Shown piece after piece: positions 52,879-64,000 of a stretch of DNA of 64,000 nt. Source of the stretch: Octopus sinensis. Taxonomy: Eukaryota. Below the pieces are notes generated by a model. That model had not been told where the DNA came from and made no database searches. It worked only from the letters and a program-made list of their open reading frames with translations. Each line of letters begins with the position of its first letter. Position 1 is the stretch's first letter. The position numbers were made by a program, and so were the translations under genes. The stretch is taken from the NCBI RefSeq assembly GCF_006345805.1, contig NC_043020.1:22754001-22818000 (forward strand), written 5' to 3'.

Positions 52879-53090
52879 GTCATCATCATCGCCATCATCA
52901 TCATCATCATCACAATCATCATCGTCATTCTCATCATCATCATCACCATCATCGTCATCATCATCATCATCTTCATCATCATCATAATTTTCGTTGACAT
53001 CATCATTATCATCATCATCATTATCATCATCATCATTCCCATCTTCATCATCTTCATCATCCTCATCATCATCATCGTCATTTCATCATT
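51030..53090. repeat. ~2-kb (CAT)n tract with higher-order subunits
   Basis: cataatcatcatcgtcattct and (cag)4 blocks recur; source of the spurious 699-aa ORF. Confidence 0.95.
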
Positions 53091-53480
53091 GTTTTAGCAT
53101 CCACTTTCCCATGCTAACCATGGGTCGGGTAGAATCCACTGAGGCAGATTTTTTAATACAACCAGATGCCCTTCCTGTTGCCAACCCCTTGTCTGTTTCC
53201 AAGTATACATAATATTTCCCCATGGCCCGACATGTCTTTTTTTTGTTTTTTTACACAACACTTGAAATAAGGGATGCAACTTGTATGATGATGATAGAGG
53301 TTTGTAAGAACCTACCACATGACATTAAGACAAGGAAACACCAACATACAAATACACACACACACACATACACCTGCGGGTACAGGTAAAACTCCAGAAT
53401 AGCATGGCACTGACTCAACGGAAAAAAGAATATTATTAAACTCTGTTATGGTACTGAGTGCTCTCTCTTCCCAACACTAA

Positions 53481-53512
<32 letters not shown>

Positions 53513-53633
53513 CCCACCCATGCTAGCATGCAAGGCAGATGTTAAATGGTGATGATCATATATATATAATAGAAATATTAAAATTACTAAGTCTCTCTAA
53601 AAGAGAACAACGGCAGCGTTCCCGGAAAATATT

Positions 53634-53767
53634 AGTTATCGCCATACTAATATGGCATTCTTATAAAAATAAGAATAAAGCTGTCCGCTTATTAGCTCCA
53701 TGAGGCTAATAAGCGGACAGCTTTATTCTTATTTTTATAAGAATGCCATATTAGTATGGCGATAACT
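53634..53767. repeat. Perfect 63-bp inverted repeat with 8-nt loop
   Basis: 53634-53696 is the exact reverse complement of 53705-53767. Confidence 0.95.
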
Positions 53768-54849
53768 CATATATATATATATATATATATTTATATATTT
53801 ACTTCCCTTACAAATAATCCAGAACTACTTACCTTCCTTACAAATAATCTTTTTTCTCAGGAACTATTAGACCTGACACTGTGTATTAGCCGGTGTTTTC
53901 AAAGCAATGAATAGCTTTGCCGAAACCATGGTTCGCTTTGTTTTCTTACTTTATTATCATCTTATAATCATCTCATAATAATGACTTTTATGTCTTTTAT
54001 GACTACCTCAGTCAATCTAAATGTATATATTTGTCGTTACCTGTCATAAAAAAGCCTTTTTTTATTTGCAATGTGCATTTTCGTTGATTTTTCATATTTT
54101 CCCCTTACATTTCCCCGTGTATTTTATATTTTATATTTTCTTTTTGTAACATATTTCTACTATATATATGCAGAGAGAGAAATTATATATGTATTTATAT
54201 CTATACATATATACATGCATATATAAATATGTATATATATATATAAATATGTATATATATATATATACTAATACAATTGTTTGTTTGTATTCCACCTGCC
54301 TTCGTCTTTTGTTTATTTCCATAAACTTGCCTTCATCTTTTGTCTATTTTCATAAAGCTTCCCGTTATATATATATATATATATATACTTTATTTAAATA
54401 TATATATATATAAAATATATTTTAACAGAAATATGGTAAGGAAATAGTTAATAATGGCAGTTATTTTACTGAATTTGTCATTATTTTCAAAATCAATTAA
54501 AAGGTAATGCATTGCAACAGAAAATTGCTAAAGGGTCAGATTGCCCTTTTTTTTTAAAAACAAAAATAGTCTGGGATGCACCTACAGACTCCTTGTGGTA
54601 TAAAATTTGGGAATCGCTCATCTGGAACTGTATCCTGTTATACTTTGAGACATATTATATCTGGGATTGCTTTAACCAATTCATCCATCCCTTTTTTGTA
54701 AAACTAGAAGTGTGTGAACTGGGGGTAATCTGGCACTGAGTGGTGTCGGTGGAAGTGGCGGGGGGTGCTGGTGGTAGTGGTGACAGTGGTGGTGGTGGTG
54801 GTGGCAGCGGTGGTAGCAGTGGCAGTGGCAGTAGTGGTGGTAGTGGTGC

Positions 54850-55310
54850 TGGCAGAAACGTTAGCACGCCGGGCGAAATGCTTAGCGGTATTTCCTCTGC
54901 CATTACGTTGTGAGTTCAAATTCCGCCAAGGTCGACTTTGCCTTTCATGCTTTCGGAGTCGATAAATTAAGTACATATTTCTTTACTACCCACGAGGGGC
55001 TACACACAGAGGGGACAAACAAGGACAGACAAACGGATTAAGTCGATTAAGTGTGTAACTGGTACTTAATCTATCAACCCCGAAAGGATGAAAGGCGAAG
55101 TCGACCTAGGCGGAATTCGAACTCAGAACGTAGCGGCTGACGAAATACGGCTACGCATTTCGCTCGGCGTGCTAATGTTTCTGCCAGCTTGCCACCTTAT
55201 AAATTAAGTACCAGTTATGCACTGGAGTCAATGTAATCGACTTAATACCTATGTTTGTCCTTGTTTGTCCCCTCTGTGTTTAGCCCCTTGTGGATAATAA
55301 AGAAATAGGT
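54850..55310. mobile_element. Family C SINE (+) interrupted by an antisense family C SINE (54975-55198)
   Basis: 13-bp TSD ataaattaagtac at 54962-54974 and 55199-55211. Confidence 0.85.
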
Positions 55311-56014
55311 AGTGGCAGTGGTGGTGGTGGTGGTAGAGGCGCTGGTGATAGGGAGTAGATGTGATGGTGGTAGCAGTGATGGCAGGGGAAGAATTGGACA
55401 GTGCTGGCGGTTTGCAATGCTCTGTCGGCATGTCCCAAAACTTCATCGGTGGGAATTGTGCCACTGGTGGAGGAGGCTATGGCCCCTCCCAGTAAAAATA
55501 ACGAAGAATATGTGGTCTTCTATCTCAAGGGAAGTTCCGTAGAGAACTTTGTGGATAGTTTTGAAGGTCGGGAACGGGTGGTCCCGACCTGCATGGATAG
55601 TCCATACTAGCCTCCGCAGGGGGCTGCGGAAGTCATGGATGAGAGTTTTTTTGATAAAATAATTGATTACGTTTCGAAGGATGAGTATAACTACCTTTTC
55701 TGGGTCCCCCACTTGCTGCTGCGGGATTGCCTACAGGCAGCAAGAGATTTGATCGGGGATTATCAATAAGGGTCGTTGCGCCTCAATTTATGATTTATGT
55801 TTTGTCTGTTATTATTATGTAATAAGTCATGAAATGTTTTTATAAAGAAAAAGAAAAAAGGAAAAAAGAACAATGTTTTAGGGAAGCAAAGGATCGGTGG
55901 GCATCTTTCGTCTTCTCCCATCAATATCATCCTTTTTATCACTCATCTCATCAATGTTTTTGTCCAGCCCGCAAGCCACTCCCTCTGTGTTATGCCCATA
56001 TGGCAAAATTTTTA

Positions 56015-56171
56015 AATAAAGTAGCTTGCTTACCAACCACATGGTTCTGGGTTCAGTCCCACTGCATGGCACCTTGGGCAAGTGTCTTCTACTATAGCCT
56101 CGGGCCGACCAAAGCATTGTGAGTGGATTTGGTAGACAGAAACTGAAAGAAGCCTATCGTATATATATATG

Positions 56172-56250
<79 letters not shown>

Positions 56251-56490
56251 ATATGTATGTATGTATGTAAGTGTATTGTTTGTGCATCTCTGTTTTTGTC
56301 CCCCCACCACCATTACTTGACAACCAATTTTGGTGTATTTGAATCCCCGTAACTTAGCAGTTGGACAAAGATGACTGGTAGAATAAGTACTAGGCTTATA
56401 AAGAAAAGTCCTGGGGTTGATTTGTTTGACTAAAGGCAGTGCTCCAGCATGGCCACAGTCAAATGACCGAAACAAATAAAATAATAAAAG
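56015..56490 (+). mobile_element. SINE family A
   Basis: Head to tail with internal (TA)n. Confidence 0.85.
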
Positions 56491-56575
56491 AATAAAATTC
56501 CTAAGGTGCCTGCATGTCTGTGTGGTAAGTAGCTTGCTTACCAACCATATGGTTCTAAGTTCAGTCCCACTGCAT

Positions 56576-56935
56576 AGGAGCCAGTCAGGTGGCACTGGCA
56601 TCAACCATGTTCAGATGGTGCTTTTTACATGCCACTGGCACAGGGAGCCAGTCAGGCGACACCAGCATCAACCCACACTTGAATGGCGCTTATTATGTGC
56701 CACCAGCATGGGTGCCAGTCAGGTGGCACTGGCATCGATCACGTTCGGATGGTGCTTTTTATATGTCACCGGCACAGGGAGCCAGTCAGGTGACACTAGC
56801 ATTGACCTATGCTTGAATGGTGCTTATAACGTGCCACCAGCACAGGTGCCAGTCAGGCGGCACTGGCTTCGACCACAACTACAATTTCCATTTTGATTTC
56901 GATCTTCATTTAATTTTGATTTTGATTTTACTTGA
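56576..56935 (-). mobile_element. RTE 3'UTR fragment with about five to six internal ~55-bp units
   Basis: Repeated gccagtcagg...ggtgcttttta..tgcca units. Confidence 0.75.
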
Positions 56936-57633
56936 CTGAATTGGTCTTCCAAAGCGTAATATATATATTTCAAAAATCTAGCAAAAACACAGTCACTGTC
57001 TGAAAGATCTTTATGCTTTTGAGTGGCACTTAACTGCTATTTCTAACATGTCATCCTACAAGACTGTGTGCAATATTATGTCAGCAAATAGGTTTAAGAT
57101 ATTTAGCATTTGAAACCTAACTCTGAACCCACCAAACACCCCAACCTCTGCCTAACCTCCCACACATAAGTAGTTTTCTTCCCAGGCCCTTCCTCGCCCT
57201 TTTCCTGACTGGTTCCAGATAGGCTGGGTTGGCTATCTTTTGTCCTTATCTCTTATGTTATTGACAGGACCAAGCATCCAGGTCACTAACTTCTCAGAAA
57301 TGTCTGCCTTCTTTTTGCTACATGTTTATATTGGATGATGATGATGATGATCTCTGCAACTGGATGGGGGAAGAGATTAGCTACTGGGGGGTTTTTTGTT
57401 GTTGTTTTTTGTTTGTTTTTGTTGCAGCGAGGGAGAAATAGAGGGTGTGCTTGGCACAGGCATGGCCAAGTGGTTAAGGAGTTTATGTTTTGTAACTACA
57501 TGGGTTTTGGAGGTTCGATCCCATTGTACAGCAGTTTGCGTGGAAAAGAAATATCTTCTTTTGTAGTTCTGGTTGACAAAAATTTTGTGAGAGGAATTTT
57601 GGTGGATAGAAAAAAGGCTGAAAGCTGTTATTA

Positions 57634-57682
<49 letters not shown>

Positions 57683-57948
57683 ATGCATGAGTTTGTGTAT
57701 GTGATTGTGCTTGTGTATATAAGTATGTGAGCATGTGTGTGTGTTTGTTAGTAATGTGTGTACGTTTGTGTGTATGTGTGTGCATGTATATATGTGTGTA
57801 TCTGTGTATGTATGTATGTGTGTGTGTATGTATGTAGGTATGTATGTATATATGTGTGTGTATGTGTATGTACATATATACACACATATGTATATATGTA
57901 TGTATGTATGTATATGTATGTATGTATATGCATATATGTTTGTATATG

Positions 57949-57983
<35 letters not shown>

Positions 57984-58344
57984 GTATGTATACATGTACG
58001 TATGTATGTGTGTATGTATGTATGTATGTATGTGTGTGTATGTATGTATCTATGTATATACTGTGAAACCACTGTTTATGAATTTAAATCATTCGTGATC
58101 CAAAATGTTTGTATAGCAAAGCTATATTTCTCATAGTAAATTCAAGAGAAGGAATGGTGAGTTCAAACCAGGATGTGCTCTGAGCAAACGATAGACAGCA
58201 ACTGATGTTCTGATGCTGATAATCCCAGCTTATCACTTGCAGAAATCAAACTAGTTCAGACTGGAACCTGGTGCAGGTTCCCAGCTTCCCAGCTCTGGTC
58301 AAAACGTCGAACCCATACCAGCAAAAAAAACAGGTGTTAAAGGA

Positions 58345-58641
58345 TGATGATGACAACAACAACGATGACGATGATGATGATGATGATGATGACGACAACG
58401 ACGATGACGACGATGATGACGATGATGACGATGATGATGATGATGATGATGATGATAACGATGATGATGATGATGATGATGACGATGATGATGATGATGA
58501 TGATGATGATAACGATGATGATGATGATGATGATGATGATGACGATGATGATGATGACGATGATGATGATGATGATGATGATGATAACGATGATGATGAC
58601 GATGATGATGATGATGACGACGATGATGATGATGGTGATGG

Positions 58642-58674
<33 letters not shown>

Positions 58675-58695
58675 CGACGATGATGATGGTGATGG

Positions 58696-58731
<36 letters not shown>

Positions 58732-58847
58732 CGATGATGATGATGATGATGATGATGATGATACGATGATGATGATGATGATGATGATGACGATGATGAT
58801 GATGACGATGATGATGATGATGACGACGATGATGATGATGGTGATGG

Positions 58848-58886
<39 letters not shown>

Positions 58887-58925
58887 CGATGATGATGATG
58901 ATGATGATGATGCTGCTGCTGCTGC
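58345..58925. repeat. (GAT/GAC)n tract
   Basis: Direct reading. Confidence 0.95.
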
Positions 58926-58931
58926 TGCATA

Positions 58932-59267
58932 CAGGGGAACCTCTGTTTATGAATTTAATTCATTCCTGAAGGCTGTTCGCCACCCAAAATGTTTGTTAAC
59001 TGAAACCATTTTTCTCAGAGCAAATCCAAGAGAAGGAATGGTAAATTCGAGCTGAGATGTGCACTGAGTTAAATCTAGACAGCAGCAGCTGGGGCTCTCC
59101 TGCTGATAACCTCAGCTTGTCGCCAATGTGCATGGCTTGCATGTTGCTGGGTTGCATGTTCATTACTCGAGACAATGTTTATCACATGAAACCTTTTAAT
59201 TTTTGAAATATTCTTCGTAAACTGATTTCTTCATGATGGGAGACGTTTGTCAATCGAAGTTCCACTG
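58932..59267. mobile_element. pogo/Tigger-like MITE; a related partial copy at ~58061-58260
   Basis: TA-caggggaacctc left end and gaagttccactg right end are imperfect TIRs; the ctgtttatgaattta..cattc..ccaaaatgtttgt block is shared with 58061. Confidence 0.55.
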
Positions 59268-59282
59268 CATGTATGTGTGTGT

Positions 59283-59665
59283 ATCATTATCATCATCATC
59301 GTTTAATGTCCGTTTTCCATGCTAGCATGGGTTGGACGGTTCGACCGGGGTCTGGGAAGGCAGGAGGCTGCACCAGGCTCCAGTCTGATCTGGCAGTGTT
59401 TCTACAATTGGATGCCCTTCCTAACACCAACCACTTTTTACATACCACTGGCACAGGGGCCTGGGAAGGCTGCCAATGGCCTTGATCGGTTGGTGCTTTT
59501 TACATGCCACCATCAGTTAGTGCTTTTTATGTGCAACCGGCACGGAAGCCAGTCAAGGTGGCGCTGGCATCAGCCAAGTTTGGATGGTGTGTTTTACATG
59601 CCACCAGCACGGGTATAACAACTACAATTTCCATTTGACTTTTATTTTGATGCTGATATACTTGA
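59283..59665 (-). mobile_element. RTE 3'UTR fragment
   Basis: Reverse complement of the 1089-1389 family. Confidence 0.8.
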
Positions 59666-59957
59666 CTCAATAGGTCTCCTCAAGCACAGCAGGTTTTCCT
59701 ACAATCCAAGGTACTTTTGAATGGGCTGGGGCTGGTTATGCGAAACTGGTGTAGGATACAGCCTGTAATATGTATGTATATATATAATATGTGTGCCTGT
59801 ACTATTAATATGTATGTAATGCATGTATGAAATATATGTGCGTATGTATGTATACATGTATGGTTGTATATAATGCATGTAAGGTATGTATATAGATAAT
59901 ATATTGTATGTATGTGATGTAATGAATGCATGTAGTTATGTAAGGTTTGTATGCATG

Positions 59958-60121
59958 CACAAGCATAGCTAGAGGGCAGCAGGGGTGGTCTGCCCCCAGG
60001 TGGCACTTTTAAAGGGGCACCACTTTTGTGTCTGCTGTTGGCAATATGTGCTTTTTGTGGGGGCACAGGCAGCAAACAGAAGGGCTGCCCTTTGGCAGTA
60101 CACACTCTAGCTACGCTAGTG
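59958..60121. mobile_element. Small MITE with 17-bp TIRs
   Basis: cacaagcatagctagag / ctctagctacgctagtg. Confidence 0.6.
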
Positions 60122-60222
60122 TATCCATGTAATGTATTTATATATGTGTGTGTTTGACTAAAGGTGGTGCTCCAGCATGGCTGCAGTCAAATGACTGAAT
60201 GAAGTAAAAGAATAAAAGAATG

Positions 60223-60255
<33 letters not shown>

Positions 60256-60567
60256 ATATATATATATATAGGCCTTGTGAGTGGATTTGGCAAACAGAAA
60301 CTGAAAGAAGCCTGTCGTGTGTGTATATATTTATATATTTATATACGTGTGTATATATTTGTGTGTCTGTGTTTATACCCCCAACATCGCTTGACAAACA
60401 ATGCTGGTGTATTTACGTCCCCATAACTTAGTGGTTCGGCAAAAGAGATCGATAGAACAAGTACTAGGCTTACAAAGAATAAGTCCTAAGGTTAATTTAC
60501 TCGACTAAAGGTGGTGCTCCAGCATGGCCGCAGTCAAATGGCTGAAACAAATAAAAGAATAAAAGAA

Positions 60568-60613
<46 letters not shown>

Positions 60614-60849
60614 TTGTGTGTATGTGTGTGTTAATATCTATATATGCCCGGCATGAGATGCAGACATGGGCAGCAGAGCCACACTCCCTCATACACCAAA
60701 TGGGCTGACAGCTGGGACAAAGGCACATGCAGGAGTGGTGATCTGAAACCCCGCCCCTAACCTGAGGAAATCAGCAAAGCCACAGTGGTGCTCCAGCATG
60801 ACCGCAGCTTCATGTCTGAAATGAATAAATGGATAAAAGATTCCACGCA

Positions 60850-61117
60850 TTTATATATGTGTGTATGTGTGTAGAATGTATGTATATTTGTGTGTCTGAA
60901 TGTGTCTGTATATCTATATATCTATGTGCATGCATTGTGTATATGTGCTTGCATGTATATACATATGTATATATATATATATATGCTTACACATATATGT
61001 ATATGTATATATATGTATATATATGTATATACATATATATGTATATATATATGTATGTATATATATATATATGTATATGTATTATATGTATATATATATA
61101 TATATATATTATATATG

Positions 61118-61150
<33 letters not shown>

Positions 61151-61189
61151 GTGTGTGTTTGAATATATATGTGTATACATATATATATA

Positions 61190-61244
<55 letters not shown>

Positions 61245-61259
61245 GTATATGTATATATA

Positions 61260-61305
<46 letters not shown>
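60850..61305. repeat. (TA/TG)n tract flanking the PLE
   Basis: Direct reading. Confidence 0.95.
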
Positions 61306-61307
<2 letters not shown>

Positions 61308-61395
61308 AAAATAGTAAAGTGTGAAAAAACGACAGAAGGCTTAAATGTTAAAAAATATATATATTTGTGTCAAAATGTCTGGAGAATATTGGAAA

Positions 61396-64000
61396 AATTT
61401 TTTTTCCCTTTCCTTAAAATGACCTAATTTTAAAATTTTTAAAGAAATTACCGGTTTCGCGTGTAGCTTTTCAAATTTCTTGTGACGTTATGTTTATATT
61501 GCATGGAATTATCGTTCTTTTTATTTCCAGGAGATTTCTAAATAAGGGGAGGTAGTGAGTGATTTTTTCCGGTGTAGGGGAGATAATCGCTAAAAATTTT
61601 TTTTCCCTTTTCCTTGTTAATTTCTCTGTGTCAGTATGTTCGGATGGTTGAGTCTGGGTTTGTACTTTTCAATGAAGAATGTTTCCTTGTTCAGTCTCAT
61701 TTGTGTTGATGATCCGAAAGCACATTGGTAAAATGGGAAGATTAAAAATTGTGGCAGTAGTTGCTTTGCGCATTTCTCAATGTGCTCACTAAAAGGTATC
61801 TATACATAAACAGAAAGCTAACCCAAATTTTAACACTACACAATGGAAAGAACTGATAGAACTCCAAAATGATGAAGATATAACCATTAAGGAAGCGGAC
61901 AAGGGAAATGCAGTGTGTAATGGATACATCATACTACAGAAATCTTGTAATTTCCTTGCTTGATGAAGACCTACATTATGAAAAAATTACCAACTACTAC
62001 ACCCCACAAAAAATAATGAAAACTCTATCTTCACTAATTAAAACCCATGAAAAGGAACTGACAACCAAAGAGATTGATTTCCTAACAAACTTTAAATGCA
62101 AACCTAGCCTTTTCTATGGTCTGCCAAAAATTCATAAAAGTCAAATTATAAATGAAACCATTAAAAAATCACCAAAGACATACATACACACACCTAATCC
62201 GGGGGACCTAAAACTACGACCCATTGTAGCTGGCCCAACCTGTGAAACACACAGACTAAGTCTACTTATGGACATCCTCTTGAAACCCTTCCTTAAACAT
62301 ATCGATAGCCATATCAGAGATGACTTAGATATGTTAACCACCTTCCAAAAAAAACAAGGAAGAAACAATCCTGGTTTCATTTGATGTAGTCAACTTGTAT
62401 ACCAGTATACCTCATAATTATGGACTGGAGGCAATACAATTCTGGTTAGACCAATTTCCGAAGAAATACCAAAAAGGATCAGTAAGGATTCATTACTAAA
62501 TCAATTGAATTCATCCTACACAATAACCACTTCATGTTTGACAATACATTTTACCGTCAAAAATCCGGAATTGCTATGGGTACAAGGGCAGAACCAGTCA
62601 TTGTGAACTTAACAATGGGATACATGGAAATAATCATTTACCAGGAATCTCTATCAATCTTTGGAAACTCCCTCTCTCAATACATAAAAGAGAATTGGAA
62701 ACGATTCCTAGACGATTGTTTCATTCTCTGGAATGAAAACATAGATAAACTCCTAAAATTTAAAAACCTATTGAACAGCATAAACCCAAATATACAGTTC
62801 ACAATGGAATACAACCAAAGGAGCTCCCGTTCTTGGATATACTAATTAAAAAAATTAACCTTAAAATAGAAACAGACATTTTTTACAAAGCCACAGACGC
62901 CAAACAATACCTTCTTTTAATTCATGCCACCCAAGACACACTAAAACAAACATCCCCTTCAACCTTGCAAGAAGGATATGCACAATAGTGTCAGAACAAA
63001 ATACCAGGAACTTTAGACTGCAAGAACTCAAAAACACCCCTAATTGACAGACATTACCCAGCTCAACTCATAGAGGATGGGATCAGACGTGCAACAGAAA
63101 TCAACATAGAACTTTAAGAAAAGTTCAACACAACAACACACCTTCCCAAAAATACTACCTTACATATCTACATACAACCCCAGAAACAAAGAAGCCTTCA
63201 CCATCATCACCCAGAATTTACCAATACTTCAAAAACCCAAATTAAAGGAAATTCTAAACATACACCAAATCATTAAAAGCTACAAACAGCCTAATAAATC
63301 ACTTAAAAGATTCTCACAAAGGCAAAATTGTCTTCTAAAATTACGGATGCAAAAGTAAAAAATGTGGCAGATCGAACTGTGCAACATGTCCTAACCTATT
63401 GGAAGGATCAGAATTCTTCTTTAAAGAGGGACAGAAATTTAAGATCAAATCTAACTTTACTTGTGCGTCTGAAACATAATTTATGTTATTAAATGCTCGG
63501 GCTGCCACCAAGACTACGTGGGTTCCACGGGACTATCACTCAGGCGCAGATGCACACTGCATCGACAACAGATTGCATTCCCAGATATAGAATGATACCT
63601 TTTAGTGAGCACATTGAGAAATGCGCAAAGCAACTACTGCCACAATTTTTAATCTTCCCATTTTACCAATGTGCTTTCGGATCATCAACACAAATGAGAC
63701 TGAACAAGGAAACATTCTTCATTGAAAAGTACAAACCCAGACTCAACCATCCGAACATACTGACACAGAGAATTTACAAGGAAAAGGGAAAAAAAATTTT
63801 TTAAGCGATTATCTCCCCTACACCGGAAAAAATCACTCACTACCTCCCCTTATTTAGAAATCTCCTGGAAATAAAAACAACGATAATTCCATGCAATATA
63901 AACATAACGTCACAAGAAATTTGAAAAGCTACACGCGAAACCGGTAATTTCTTTAAAAATTTTAAAATTAGGTCATTTTAAGGAAAGGGAAAAAAAAATT
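61396..64000 (+). mobile_element. Penelope-like retroelement with inverted 5' pLTR
   Basis: 61396-61800 is the near-exact reverse complement of 63594-64000 (ORF end + 3' region); the element probably continues past the window end. Confidence 0.95.
61801..63804 (+). pseudogene. PLE RT-GIY-YIG ORF, 5'-truncated and frameshifted
   Basis: IKEADKGNAV, FYGLPKIHK, LRPIVAGP, SFDVVNLY, GIAMG, RFLDDCF, CGRSNCATC linker, (I)YVIKCSGCHQDYVGSTG, LH...SEH, ETFFIEKYKPRLN. Confidence 0.95.

Noticed and set aside
57186-57335. Candidate exon after ttttcttcccag (ALPRPFPDWFQIGWVG...)
   Set aside because: The acceptor is plausible, but the donor is poor and the product is not recognisable.
58271-58969. 232-aa poly-Asp ORF (aspein-like acidic protein)
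   Set aside because: GTG start, no signal peptide, pure (GAT/GAC)n lying between two Tigger-like MITE copies.

Overview
Eukaryotic DNA saturated with microsatellites and transposon debris. The SINE families and the extreme (TA)n/(CA)n/(GAT)n/(GATA)n content point to a cephalopod, most likely Octopus (recognition and inference, not a database result). I cannot recognise any intact host gene, and almost every ORF in the supplied track is a microsatellite translation. The protein-coding remnants I can support are all mobile elements. (1) A 5'-truncated, frameshifted Tx1/L1-clade LINE (46436-48979, -) with a 17-bp TSD inside a (GATA)n tract. (2) A frameshifted Penelope-like element (PLE; RT + GIY-YIG, 61801-63804, +) with a ~405-bp inverted 5' pLTR. 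(3) A second PLE C-terminal fragment (20276-20440), an RTE C-terminus plus 3'UTR (43038-43689) and a mariner fragment (44016-44305). The window also has a decayed 28S rRNA fragment (24947-25174), several MITE families, a Helentron-type non-autonomous element and at least four SINE families. The main signal is a set of about a dozen minimal type I hammerhead ribozyme (HHR) motifs from several unrelated sequence families. One family is a tRNA-headed SINE with an HHR tail that inserted as TSD-flanked inverted (fold-back) structures, like the PLE in the same window, so it is a candidate Penelope-mobilised, ribozyme-bearing SINE. Coordinates and alignments were read by eye; repeat boundaries are approximate unless a TSD is quoted.
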